Source: Eledone cirrhosa (taxonomy: Eukaryota). Taken from it: a DNA stretch of 64,000 bases. The stretch lies in NCBI GenBank assembly GCA_964016885.1, contig OZ024749.1, positions 54,622,001 to 54,686,000 on the forward strand, read 5' to 3'. The notes beneath the pieces are model-generated. The model was not told the origin of the DNA, did no database searches, and was given only the letters and a program-made list of their open reading frames with translations. Position 1 is the first letter of the stretch, and each line of letters starts with the position of its first letter. Below, piece after piece: positions 1-12,504 of the stretch. Made by a program: the position numbers and the translations under genes.

Positions 1-390
1 TGTTGCTGTTGTGTTGTTATTGTTGTTGTGTTGCATTAGGCTAACAACAACTTATTGCATACCAAGAACAACAACAACAACTACTACTACTACTACTACT
101 ACTACTACTGGTTTCTGATTTAGGCTCAAGACCAGCAATTTGGGGGAAGATGAAAGTCGATTAAATCGATCCCAGTGCCAGATTTGCCTCCCTTGTTTCA
201 AATATGAAGCTCTCCACCGCTCGGACGAACAATTGTCGTTGGAGAGTACTTCCCTTTCCATAAGCCTGTCCTTATGCCCGAACACAGGCTACTTTAAAAG
301 TGTCTCCTCCAATATACAGTGGTGGCCAAAATTGGACCCCGAAAACAATGGTCGTACATATACGTTAAGTGCATGAAACTTTGTTTATAC

Positions 391-423
<33 letters not shown>

Positions 424-447
424 TATAATATATATATATATAATATA

Positions 448-495
<48 letters not shown>

Positions 496-615
496 ATATT
501 AATAAATGGAAACTATATTTATAAAACCATAATTACTCCACTAATTGTTGAGTGCTTTATATTAGTTATAAACATTTTAAAGCTTGTTGAATCCCAACAA
601 ATTAAATACAACCTC

Positions 616-683
<68 letters not shown>

Positions 684-739
684 AGGAAAAAAGATGAAAT
701 AGAAAATGCAACTGGAGTCTTTTTAAGAATATTTACTTG

Positions 740-783
740 TTTCCTTTACCGGTTTCACAGTTGTTATGCTTTTCAAAAGTAAA
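740..783 (-). ncRNA. Minimal type I hammerhead-like motif (mirror copy in left palindrome arm)
   Basis: Reverse complement reads tttactt TTGAAAA gcataacaactgt GAAA ccgg TA aaggaaa. Confidence 0.7.
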
Positions 784-866
784 AAGTAAAGTTGAGATGG
801 AGAGTTTGTGGTTTTTCTCGGATCAGATGCGAGAAAAACCACAAACTCTCCATCTCAACTTTACTT

Positions 867-910
867 TTTACTTTTGAAAAGCATAACAACTGTGAAACCG
901 GTAAAGGAAG
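867..910 (+). ncRNA. Minimal type I hammerhead ribozyme-like motif, U3-A8 core variant
   Basis: tttactt | TTGAAAA | gca-taacaac-tgt | GAAA | ccgg | TA | aaggaag: stem I 6 of 7 bp, 3-bp stem II, palindromic CCGG loop III as in Penelope-associated minimal hammerheads. Confidence 0.7.
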
Positions 911-963
911 CAAGTAAATATTCTTAAAAAGACTCCAGTTGCATTTTCTATTTCATCTTTTTT

Positions 964-1034
<71 letters not shown>

Positions 1035-1254
1035 AAGGATATATATATATATATAAGTGCATTATTATGCCAAATACTCTCCCTCTCTCTCCCTCTCTCT
1101 TGTGCTTTAGATACTTTCACTATTCTATATCTAAGATGTACTTATTTCGCAAGAAAATACAATTTTCACGGTTCACAGTTGGTTTAGCCTCCAAATGCAG
1201 CCGCCATCTCTCTTTTTTTTTTTTTTTGCAGCTGCTGCAATAATAACTACATTA

Positions 1255-1597
1255 CTACCATTATCATCGACATCGTCATCGTCATCGTCATCGTCATCAG
1301 TATCATTATCCTCACCATCATCATCATTATCATCACCATCATCATCATTATCATCACCATCATCACCACCACTATCGTCATTGTCTTCATCATCATCACC
1401 ATCATCATCTTCATCATCACCATCGTCATCAGTATCATTATCATCACCATCATCATCACCATCATCACCATCATCATCGCCTTCATCACCATCATCATCA
1501 GTATCATTATCAACATCATCATCGTCATCACCATCATATGCATTCATCAACACTGCTTCCAACTTGCACCAACGAATTCACCACTTCCACCATCATT

Positions 1598-1631
<34 letters not shown>

Positions 1632-1706
1632 GCTGCTGCTACCACCACCACTACTACTACTACTGCTACCACCACCACCACCACCACTACTACTACTACT
1701 ACTGCC

Positions 1707-1739
<33 letters not shown>

Positions 1740-1818
1740 GATACCACCACCACCACCACCACCACCACCACCACCACCACCACCACCACTACTACTACTA
1801 CTGCCACCACCACTACTA

Positions 1819-1868
<50 letters not shown>

Positions 1869-2112
1869 GCTACCACCACCACCACCACCACTACTACTAC
1901 TACTGCCACCACCACCACCACTACTACTACTACTACTGACACCACCACCACCACCACCACCACCACCACTACTACTGCTACCACCACCACCACCACCACC
2001 ACCACTACTACTACTACTAGCAATTGTAGGTTTTCAGTTTTTTTTACATCGATATTCTTTTGAAGTTCATAACTATTGAAGTAGCGAATGACAACAGCAG
2101 CAACAACAACAG

Positions 2113-2147
<35 letters not shown>

Positions 2148-2203
2148 GCCGCAACAACAACAGCCGCAGCAACAACAGCAACAGCAACAACAACAACAGC
2201 AGC

Positions 2204-2234
<31 letters not shown>

Positions 2235-2267
2235 ACAACAGCAGTAACACAGCAGCAGCAGCAACAA

Positions 2268-2298
<31 letters not shown>

Positions 2299-2392
2299 AA
2301 CAGCAACAGCAACAACAGCAGCAACAGCAGCAACAGCAGCAACAACAACAGCAGCAGCAGCAGCAACAACAGCAGCAGCAACAACAACAACA

Positions 2393-2440
<48 letters not shown>

Positions 2441-2650
2441 GCAGCAACAACAGCAGCAACAAGAACAAGAACAGCAACGATGATGATGATGATAACAATA
2501 GTAATAATAATGAGGAAGAAACAGGTGAAGAAAAGGAAGAAGAAGATTATAAAGGAAAAGAGGGAGAATAGTTTGAAGATGATGAAAAAGAAGAAGAATA
2601 AGAAGAAAATGAAGGAGAAAAAGGAGAAAGAGATAATAATAATAATAATA
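1255..2650. repeat. Compound trinucleotide microsatellite block (ATC, ACT/ACC, AAC/AGC, GAA)
   Basis: Directly visible; produces homopolymeric ORFs in several frames. Confidence 0.95.
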
Positions 2651-3670
2651 GTAGGAAGGAATGTTGTTATTATCTACCTAAGGGATCTCAATTCCTCCTA
2701 GGGGACTCTGCAGTTTCAGCCTTTGACAAATTATCATATCTCTTTTTTTTCTTTCTTTTTTTTTTTGTAGTATATTTCTTCTCATCATCTTTGCTGGTTT
2801 CTAGGGAAACCTAATGATACGTTTAGTATTCACCCCTTCTCCCCTCCTTCTCTTTCTCTCCCCCACCTCCCTCTTTCTCTCCTCCCACCTCCCTCTTTCT
2901 CTCCCCCCCTTCTTCCTCTTTCTCTCCTCCCACCTCCCTCTTTCTCTCCTCCCCTTCTTCCTCTTCTCCCCTTCTTCCTCTTCTCTCTCTACTCCTCTCC
3001 CCTTCTCTTCTCTTCATCTCATCTACTTCACAACGTATCTCTTGGGAATCGTGGCCTGATGCTGTGAGTTTTTTCAGTGCTTTCGACGATAACGCCAGGT
3101 TATATAGGCTTATCTCACCTTGTTTTTAACTTGAGGTTACCTGTTCCTGATTAATCAATGACTTGACTTGCTGCTTTTTAAATATAAAAGGTTTAGTAAG
3201 AGTTCACAGTTATCCTGCTGCCTTTTCTTTCTTTTAGAATTCTTAAATCAAGGTATTCTGTACATTTGGTATTGTTTCTTCTTCTTTTTCTTCTTTTTCT
3301 TCTTTTTCTTCTTTTTCTTCTTCTTCTTCTTTCTTTTTTTTTGTGTGCTAGTTCTAAAGTTCTAATTACAAGTTATTTATAATTTACGAAATTATAGTTC
3401 TCCAAGGTCTGGGTCTGAGATGTCAATATATTTTCTTTCGCTTCACCGCTTTACCTCTACCTCACCTCTCAATTCTATTGGGATTTAAAGAATGAGAATT
3501 AAGAATATTCGCTTCCAAATCCAAAGCATGTTTGTCATTGTGAAAATACTTTGTATTGTAATGGGTTCTGGTTGAGGCACAAGGCCAACAATTTTTGGGG
3601 AAAATGGGAAAGTCGATTAAATCTACCCCAGTGCATTACTGGTACTTTAATTCTAAAACAATTTTAACTA

Positions 3671-3977
3671 CGAGGGTCGACTGAAAACTTCATAGGCTGA
3701 AGAGGTTCTAGACTGACCAAGATACTCTCATGGAATTACCAAATGACCAAATGAGTTTTATTTTTTAAACATAGTTCCTGGAAATACAACAATGTTGTTA
3801 TTAATAAGAAGAGTTGAAATTAATATATGCAAGATTTCACAGCTCTAGGATCATTCCACCATAGTCAGCTTATGAACTTTTTAAACTACCTTCATAAATG
3901 AAATTAATATATGCAAGATTTCATAGCTTTAGCATCTTCCATCATAGTCAGCCTATGAACTTTCTAGCCCACCATCA
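3671..3977. mobile_element. Mariner/Tc1-type MITE with duplicated right end
   Basis: TA-flanked TIR cgagggtcgactgaaaacttcataggctga ... gtcagc(t/c)tatgaacttt, right end present twice (ending ~3894 and ~3977); second copy at 29612-29807. Confidence 0.75.
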
Positions 3978-3994
3978 TACTTAACATTATTCTA

Positions 3995-4195
3995 ACGGTG
4001 GATTGTTAGTATCGGTAGAGGGCCTTGCAGCATAGAGTTACGGCCCTTTATGATCTGAGTTCAAATCTCGTTGAGGTCAACTTTGCCTTTCATCCTTAAG
4101 AGGTCGATAAAATAAAGTACCAGTCACGCACTGGGGTCAATTTAATCGACTTTCCCCTCCCCCGGAATTGCTGGCCTTGAGCCTATATAAGAAAC
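3995..4195 (+). mobile_element. tRNA-derived SINE, family A, near full length
   Basis: B box gagttcaaatc, central ttgcctttcatcc...ggtcgataaaataaagtaccag (resembles the Meta/MESC SINE domain), tail ggccttgagcc...gaaaccattatt, 10-bp TSD cattattcta (3985-3994, 4196-4205). Confidence 0.9.
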
Positions 4196-5109
4196 CATTA
4201 TTCTATTTTTGACCTAATCCCAGAATGTGTACTCTATATATTGGCTAAAACATTTACGATTTCTTTTATGCCATTTTTTCTTTTTTGCTATTGATTCTTT
4301 AACGGCTTTGATGTAAAATGTTTTTTTACTGCCACACAAACATATGACAGTACTTTTAAATAATTTTCTTTCCTTTAATATTTCTTTTATATGCTATCTT
4401 ATCCCCCCCTATCTCACACACACACTCTCTCCCCTATCTCTCTCTCCACACATGCACACACACACACACATATATATTTATTTATTTATTTTTCATCGCA
4501 CAAAAGAATTTTATATTCTATACTATACTATAATACAATATAATGTAATAAAATATACAATAATTTAATATATACTATAATATAAAAACATAATATATCA
4601 CACACACATATATATATATGCGTGTGTGTGTGTGTGTGTGTGTGTGTATGCTCACACAAAGGCATTGTTTACTATTTTCATGGTTAGTAGATGGTTCCGT
4701 TGATTGTAACAAGAGAAGATATGAGACTAATAGTCACTTATGACTGATCATAAGTATAAATGTCTGTTTTATAGACAAACCGAAGCCTGTGATTCACGTC
4801 TGATTGGGGTTATTTGTGTCTACTAAAATATCGGGGATTAGGGCGGCTCTTACCACTTCCTTCTACCATTGGCTTGCTTTATATTCCTATATTTCATGCC
4901 AGGTATTTTGAACATCGTTACGTCGTGATAGAGAGGGTCTACTCCACAATTGGTATTGATTGTATTGATTATATATATATATATATATATATATTGTTAT
5001 ACTTTGGGAGGGTCATGTTGCCAATAAGAAACACACGCACCAGTTGCTTTCACTTCAATTTATTATAATCTTGCTAAACAAATTCAGAAACGAAATATAT
5101 ATATATATA

Positions 5110-5640
5110 GTAATAATAATAAATTTGAAGACTAAAATCCAAAGAGGGCTCGATAAGGATAAATATATATCAAATATATAAGAACCGTAGAGAAAATATT
5201 TATTAAAATGACAGATTAAAGTTTAAGCAAAGAATCGCTGCTTTCACCCTTAACGGCATCTTCTGAAACTAACAAAGTCAATCTGTAAACGCAGAACTGG
5301 ATATTTCAAAAAACGTTGCAACCGGAGGAAGACAGCAAGACGATACTTTGGTTCGTGGAAACGTTCCCTGGAAAAGAACGGGAAAAAACGAATATAATAC
5401 GTCATTAATAGGAGCGGTGAAAAACAATTACGCGCAAAGACAGAACCACGTTTATGGTATAAAAGAGGTCGTAGACTAATGTTCTCTTAGGTGGTGCATA
5501 GAGACGTTCTCTGGCAATGAACGGAAAAAACGAAGATAATACGTCATATGAAAAGCGTGGAGAACAATTGCACGCAAAGACAAAACCTCGTAAATGGTAT
5601 AGCTGAAGTCGTAGATTAAAATTCTAACTAGGAAATCGAA
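5110..5640. mobile_element. Unclassified (TA)n-embedded dispersed element, family C
   Basis: Terminus gtaataataataaatttgaagactaaaatccaaagagggctcgataagg recurs at 39151-39233 and inverted at ~55010-55221; internal ~143-bp tandem duplication (5360-5635). Confidence 0.75.
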
Positions 5641-5874
5641 TGAATATATATATATTTGCTCCTTCTACCTGGATTTGCGACCGATAGATAGTATTAGCAA
5701 TTGGAAAGACCGATGGAAACATTGTTTCCTCGGTCCGATTTGACGAAAGTCGATCGACTGCCGATCTCTATATATATAAAGAATATGCATCTATCTATAT
5801 ACATACACATACAAATATATTAGTTATATTTGTATGTGTACTGTGTAGGTTTGTTTTGATTGCTTCACGTTTAT

Positions 5875-6345
5875 ATTTCTAAATAGACAAGCGTGTGCTC
5901 TCCTTGTAGCTGTGTTTGTTTCTTGATACACATGCATGTGCTCTTGGAGTAGCTGTGCAGATGTCACTAAATACACAGGCATGCGCTGTCTTTGTAGCTG
6001 CGTGTATGTGTTTAAATACACAGGCATGCGCTGTCTTTGTAGCTCTGTGTATGTCTAAATACACAGGCATACGCGCTCTTTGTTGTTGTGCATACGTTCT
6101 CGTTGTAGCTGTGCGGATGTGTGTAAATACTCACGCATGCGGTCTCGTTTTAGCTGTGTATGTGTCTAAATACACATGCATATTCTGTCGTTGCTGTGTG
6201 TATACCTAAATACACACGCAAGCGTTCTCGTTATAGCTGTGCGGATGCGTGTAAATACACAGGCATTTGGTCTCGTTGTAACTGCGTATGTGTCTAAATA
6301 CACACGCATGTGCTGTCGTAGCTGAGCGTATGTCCATCTATACAG
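5875..6345. repeat. Degenerate ~43-bp tandem repeat
   Basis: Recurring taaatacacaggcatgcgctgtctttgtagctgtgtatgtgt units. Confidence 0.8.
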
Positions 6346-7420
6346 CCTTAGTCTGCACCACCAGGACAAGACAAATATGTTGTTGTATATAGGAAGGAAG
6401 AATAATAAGAAGAGATAGTGCAATTGTTATTGGTAATTGAAAGTTCATCATAGTAGTTCCTCATTGTTATCTCCTTAAGTCTCGAAAGAAGATAACGAAG
6501 TAAGAAGTTTTGCGCGAGAGTTAAAGGTCAGAGAAAACTGACATACGTTGTAATATATCATTTTATCTCAAATTTCAGATATGAACCAGTCTGTCATATA
6601 AATAGGATATTTCCAAGAAATCAAGTGGCAGGCGTGGTCAGAAGAGATTGAGTTGAAGCTAAAGCGGGCCGGGGTAGAGTGGTGTTTTGTTGGGGGTGAG
6701 GATAGGAGATGGTAGAACTGATAGAATGTTGACCCTTACTAAACAACATGTATGTATTTATTTATGTATGTATATATGTATGTATATATGTGTGTGTATT
6801 TGTGAGTGTGCGCGCGCGCGTGCGTGTAGAGAGAGGGATAGAGAGATTATGATATATATACATATATAGAGCGACAGAAAGAGAGATATGTATATATATA
6901 TATATATATATATAGGGAGGGAGAGAGAGAGAGAGAGAGAGAGATTGAGTTATAGATACATATATAGAGCGAGAGAAAGAGAGATAGGTAGCTAGATAGA
7001 TAGAGAGATTGAGATATAGACAGAGAGAGAGAGAGAGAGAGAGTAGGTTGATGGTGGTTTAGGTTGAAGTTGGGTCGAGTTTGTCTGGAAAACTCACTGA
7101 CTTCTTTTATCAGCGTTCCCATGTAATTATTTTTAGCTAAAGACAAATAGACGTTTTCGTGACAAGCAATCAAGTGATTTTATGATAGTAGCGACATTGT
7201 ATCAGATATGGCCAACTATCGGCTCTGGCAGCGAGCAAGACCACATAGTAGTAGCAGTAACAGTGGTAGTGGTAGTAGTAGTAGTAGTGGTGGCAGTAGT
7301 AGTGGCAGTTGTGGTAGTAGTGGTAGTGGTAGTAGTTATGCAAACAAATAGTGAGTGACAGCTCTGACAATCTATAATAAAAAACTAGACTCTTAAGTCT
7401 GACCAAAATAAGATTTACAG

Positions 7421-7463
<43 letters not shown>

Positions 7464-8017
7464 CTTATCTGGTACTCATGTTTTTTTTTATTATATTACA
7501 TTATATAATTTATTATATATATATATATATGGATAAATAGATGTTTTGCCGTACCAAAATTATGATGTTATTATGGAAAACCATATACGTTCTCCCTGTA
7601 TATTATATATCATGATTTTATTATAAAAATTCTAATATGGCTTCAGCTGTAATATATTGTTCTATTTTAGAAATTATTAAAATATTAGAAAAAGTTTCAC
7701 TATGTCAAATATGATTTTATAATATGAGATATCTTACGTTTGATTACATGAAATATCGTTTTCTCATATATCTTATTAAATAATAATTTTTTATATTATA
7801 AATAATGTTTTTATAAATTCAATGATAATGGTTTCTGGTTTAGACACAAGGTCATCAATTTTGGTGGAGGGGAAAGTTGATCGGTGGGACGTCCACGTTG
7901 GCATTCTATTAATTAGCAAGGAGAAGATCGATGAGGTTTTCGGTGAAACTATGGGCGACAAATAACAAACTGGTGTTTTCAAGAGAACTGGAAAATATAG
8001 AGAATTTCCATAAACAT

Positions 8018-8297
8018 ATGGCTTAGCAGTGTTATCATGGGGCGTTGCTGGATTGCGATTAACTCTGCAGTCATGTTTATGAGTTCGATTCCCATCGTGT
8101 CCTTAAGCAAGACCTTTTAATTCACATTTATTTCACGTTGTTCCAGTTTACTCAACAGTAGAAATTAGTTGTGATCTTACTGGTGCCAAACTGTATTGGC
8201 CATTTCTCGTCATCCCCAAACAACCATGTTTAGACTTGTGACTTGGAGGGAAACTTTCCAGGTAAAACCCGTGGTGATTCGTGATTGAAGGTTTCTT

Positions 8298-8303
<6 letters not shown>
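8018..8303 (+). mobile_element. tRNA-derived SINE, family B, diverged
   Basis: gagttcgattcc B box followed by gtgtccttaagcaagac...tttcacgttgttccagtttactca, shared with 61337-61470. Confidence 0.7.
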
Positions 8304-8328
<25 letters not shown>

Positions 8329-9543
8329 CAGCCCCCCCCCCCCCCCGCACACACACTCACATGTATATAGAGAGAAATAGATAGATATAAATAGTTAGAA
8401 AGAGAAAGAAAGAAAGGGAGAACACTTGCTCTAGGTGAACCAGGTTTTGAGGAGTATCTTTGATTACCTCCAGAGAGATGTTCCCTGCACTAGGAAATGT
8501 TTTTTTGTTGTAACATTAGTGTTATATATTTGTTTTTGTTGTTGGCTTTTACTCTTCTTCCTCTTCTATATCAATCATATTTCATCATTGTACTGTCTCC
8601 AACATCCTCAGGCCTTGTGGCTAATAAAAGAAATTATTATTACTCTTACTAATATATTTAGTTCGAGTAAATATTGTAATGGAACTAAGAATCACCAATA
8701 TAATACATGTATACATATCTAAAACCTGTACTTATTCAATATATTTCAATGAATGAAGACTGTATTACTGCTTTCATGAGATCATAAATAATACATTTTG
8801 AAAGGGGAATAAGATTTTTTTAACACTTTTTAACGATAAATTTCCTCTTTTTTTTCTTTTCTTTTTACTATTTTCAATTTGCTTCCATTTTAAGTTTTCT
8901 TTCCTACATCTAACTTAGAAATGAATATATCTCATTGTTATCTACTAATTCAGATTGCCGAGTTATTATTGAAAATATTCTCATGATTTTAATGTCGCCA
9001 TATAGATAAATATATATGATAAAGAAAATACAAATTCTTTCTGTTATTTTGTGGTTATATGCTTGTACAGATATACATACATTTTATAGCGTTCTTTGTA
9101 ATTACATTTAATAAAGTATATACTCTACTCTTAACATAGACCCAGTTTAGTATAAAATTTAATTATCGGCAGAAATAGTCACTTTATATTTCTATATATA
9201 CAACTGCATATACACACTTGAGGTATGTACAGTTTTTGTATTAGAGTGTGATAAAATATGTAATCTCAATTTTGAAAACAGATCCATAATATGATATCGC
9301 AGCCCCTTGTATGCAAAATCATGTTATTATGGAAATGTGAAATATAAAAATTATTCAAAATTATCAAGATTAAAAAAAAATATCCTTTTCTACCTATTCT
9401 TCCACCTATATTCTATAAGGTCGTTTTTATAAATCTAATATTTTTAGATATGTACACATATATATTGGTAATTCTTAGTTCCATTACAATATGTCGTCTG
9501 TATTGTATATCTGGTTAACATGTTAAACCATCAATATTATAAT

Positions 9544-9728
9544 TGTTTCTACTTTTGGCACAAGGCCAGCAATTATCCCAGTGTATTACTGGTACTTTAT
9601 TTTATCGACCCTGTAAGGATGAAAGGCAAAGTTAACCTCGGCGGGATTTGAACTCACACCGTAAAGGGCCGTAACTCTATGCTGCAAAGCATGGCGTCCG
9701 ACCCTCTACTGATACTGCCAATCCACCC
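9544..9728 (-). mobile_element. SINE family A, full length
   Basis: Reverse complement of the family consensus including A box, B box and tail. Confidence 0.92.
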
Positions 9729-9746
9729 ATATTATAATAATAACCA

Positions 9747-9936
9747 AGGGCGGTGGATTGGCAGTATCGGTAGAGGGTCGGACGCTATGCTTTCCAGCAC
9801 AGTTACGTCCCTTTATGATCTGAGTTCAAATCCCGCCGAGGTTTACTTTGCCTTTCATCCTTACGGGGTCGATAAAATAAAGTACAAGTAATGCACTGGG
9901 TAATTGCTGGCCTTGTGCCTAAAGTAGAAACAATTA
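9747..9936 (+). mobile_element. SINE family A, full length
   Basis: A box tggcagtatcggt, B box gagttcaaatcc, tail gtagaaacaattata. Confidence 0.92.
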
Positions 9937-9991
9937 TAATAATAACCATCAATATTATAATGTCGAACATCTATATTATTTATTCTAATAG

Positions 9992-10052
9992 GTAACATAG
10001 AAGAGGGAGGAACCGAAACCAATTTAGAGACTCTGGAAACTATGAGAGGAAG
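9992..10052 (+). CDS. Candidate internal exon (61 bp), ...NIEEGGTETNLETLETMRG...; product unknown
   Basis: Acceptor ttattctaatAG, purine-rich open frame, consensus donor AAG|GTAAGA. No partner exon identified. Confidence 0.45.
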
Positions 10053-10359
10053 GTAAGAAATTATTTCACTTAACAGACTTCTTAGAAATATTGTATTAAA
10101 GTACAAATGGGCTTCCATACTGTTTCTGTCTGCCACATTTTATTTTCATATGAACTTGTAGAGAATGTCGTCAACAATCAGTTTCAAATTTGAAGGTGGG
10201 TGATATTGTACATAGGGAGAAATATTGCAATGTGAAACAGGACCAAATTTTGACACTTGGAGAAGTGGAAATTCATCTCAAACTCCAAAGAAGCTTTTTA
10301 GAGTCACAGTTTCCTTATACGAACATACACACATATACCTGTGTCTGTATATATATCCA

Positions 10360-11155
10360 CAGGAAGAATCGACACCAGTATTAGACTGATATTTTATTTA
10401 TCAACCTGGAAACGATAAAAGGGAAGAGAAAGTTGAACTCGGCGGACAGAGAGAACCGGAATGAATACCATGGAGTATTTCTATCCGACTAATGAATATC
10501 ATGGAGTATTTCTATCCGACCAATGAATACCATGGAGTATTCTATCCGACCAATGAATACCATGGAGTATTTCTATCCGACTAATGAATACCATGGAGTA
10601 TTCTACCCGACCAATGAATACCATGGAGTATTCTATCCGACTAATGAATATCATGGAGTATTTCTATCCGACTAATGAATACCATGGAGTATTCTACCCG
10701 ACCAATGAATACCATGGAGTATTCTATCCGACCAATGAATACCATGGAGTATTTCTATCCGACTAATGAATACCATGGAGTATTCTACCCGACCAATGAA
10801 TACCATGGAATATTCTATCCGACCAATGAATACCATGGAGTATTTCTATCCGACTAATGAATACCATGGAGTATTCTACCCGACCAATGAAAACCATGGA
10901 GTATTCTATCCGACCAATGAATACCATGGAGTATTTCTATCCGACTAATGAATACCATGGAGTATTCTACCCGACCAATGAATACCATGGAGTATTCTAC
11001 CCGACCAATGAATACCATGGAGTATTCTATCCGACCAGTGAAAACCATGGAGTATTCTACCCGACCAATGAATACCATGGAGTATTCTACCCGACCAATG
11101 AATACCATGGAGTATTCTATCCGACCTTCTAACGATTCTGCCAATTTGTCGTCTG
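10360..11155 (-). mobile_element. Diverged SINE A copy interrupted by internal minisatellite
   Basis: SINE central part at 10360-10450, SINE head ctaacgattctgccaatt at 11129-11146. Confidence 0.75.
10459..11126. repeat. 30/31-bp minisatellite, ~22 copies
   Basis: Unit aatgaataccatggagtatt(t)cta(t/c)ccgac(c/t). Confidence 0.97.
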
Positions 11156-11614
11156 TTTTAAAGTTAAATGCACCCATTCCCTTATTGAGAAATAAAAAAA
11201 AAGTGGAAAGTTTAAAATAGAATAATTTAGTTAAGACGGGAGAGACGATTGTCATAAAAATACATTATTGAAGGCTGACCAATCTAAATAGTCACGAAAT
11301 AATTTGTGTATTTCAGAGAAAGCTAGTGAAATAGGGCTTTCTGTTCTATATTTGTCTCAACTACTTTAAAAGTAACAACATCATCATCGTCATCTTCATC
11401 ATCAGCATCAGCAACAAGATCAACAACAACAATACTACATCTTCTAAAGTTGTATTAATCGAAGAAGAAAAATAGTACTAATTTTAAGCAACACCAATAA
11501 CATCATCATCATCATCACCATCAACAACATCATCAATAACAGGAACCACCACAAACACAACAACAACACATAGACAAAACATAAATTGTATATGACGAAT
11601 AAATTAATCAATCA

Positions 11615-11676
<62 letters not shown>

Positions 11677-11776
11677 ATATATATATATACATTTAATAGC
11701 CACAATTTATATGTATATATATGAATTACGGATATTTTATGTAAATATATATATATATATACATGGAGAGAGAGAG

Positions 11777-11817
<41 letters not shown>

Positions 11818-12264
11818 CAGCCGTTGTGAAAACCAAACAAGTAAACTATCAATTTGTCCCTTGCGAACTCAATAACATTTGAGTAAGTTCAATATAAATA
11901 GTAGGAGAGAGAAATATCTGAGATTAGCTGGAGGCGCTGTGCCTCGAAATTTGTTCTTTAGAAGTTGAAGTATATTTAGAAAGTAAGTTAATTATCAAGT
12001 GACTGAGAAACAACCGATTACACCTTTGTGTGTGTGTGTCGGTGTGTGTATGTGTCGGTGTGTGTGTGTGTGTGTGTCGGTGTGTGTGTGTGTCGGTGTC
12101 GGTGTGTGTGTGGCCAGACTGGGAGGGGGGATAAGGTGTGAGGAAAGAGGGAGAGAGAAAGAGATGAAATAGAAAAGGGCAAGATAAATGTGTGAGAGAG
12201 AAAGGCGAGGTAGAAGAGGAAGAGAGCAATATAAGTGTATGAGAGAGAGAAAAGAGAGTGAGAG

Positions 12265-12303
<39 letters not shown>

Positions 12304-12504
12304 GAAGTGTGGGGTGGGAGTAGAAGAGAGAACTAAGTTCGATTACTAGCCAGGAATCTAGTAAAGGAAATCTATCAGAAATCACAGAACATCGCTGGGA
12401 ATGGCGCTAAGGTTATTGTTGTTATTGTTAGTAGTTGTATCAGTAATAGTAGTGGTAGTGGTAATGGTAATGGTCAAAATAGTGATAGTAGTAATAGTAG
12501 TAGT

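Larger units (their letters stand above)
667..983. repeat. Near-perfect ~317-bp palindrome (two inverted copies of a dispersed, hammerhead-bearing element end)
   Basis: 667-820 is the reverse complement of 830-983 with one mismatch seen (acttgTttcc vs ggaaGcaagt); 9-nt centre gatcagatg. Single-arm relatives at ~22700-22815 and ~37352-37475. Confidence 0.95.

Noticed and set aside
1173-2701. Poly-Q/S/P/L/D ORFs, and all IY/HT/CV/SL ORFs elsewhere
   Set aside because: Translations of microsatellites, open in several frames on both strands, with no domain or splice support.
5232-5270. Hammerhead in family C (minus strand cagaaga...gaaagcagc)
   Set aside because: Both copies have A at U4, and no NUH or stem I can be formed.
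10459-11126. CRISPR array (also considered for 32023-32214 and 42108-46160)
   Set aside because: No unique spacers, no cas genes, eukaryotic context.
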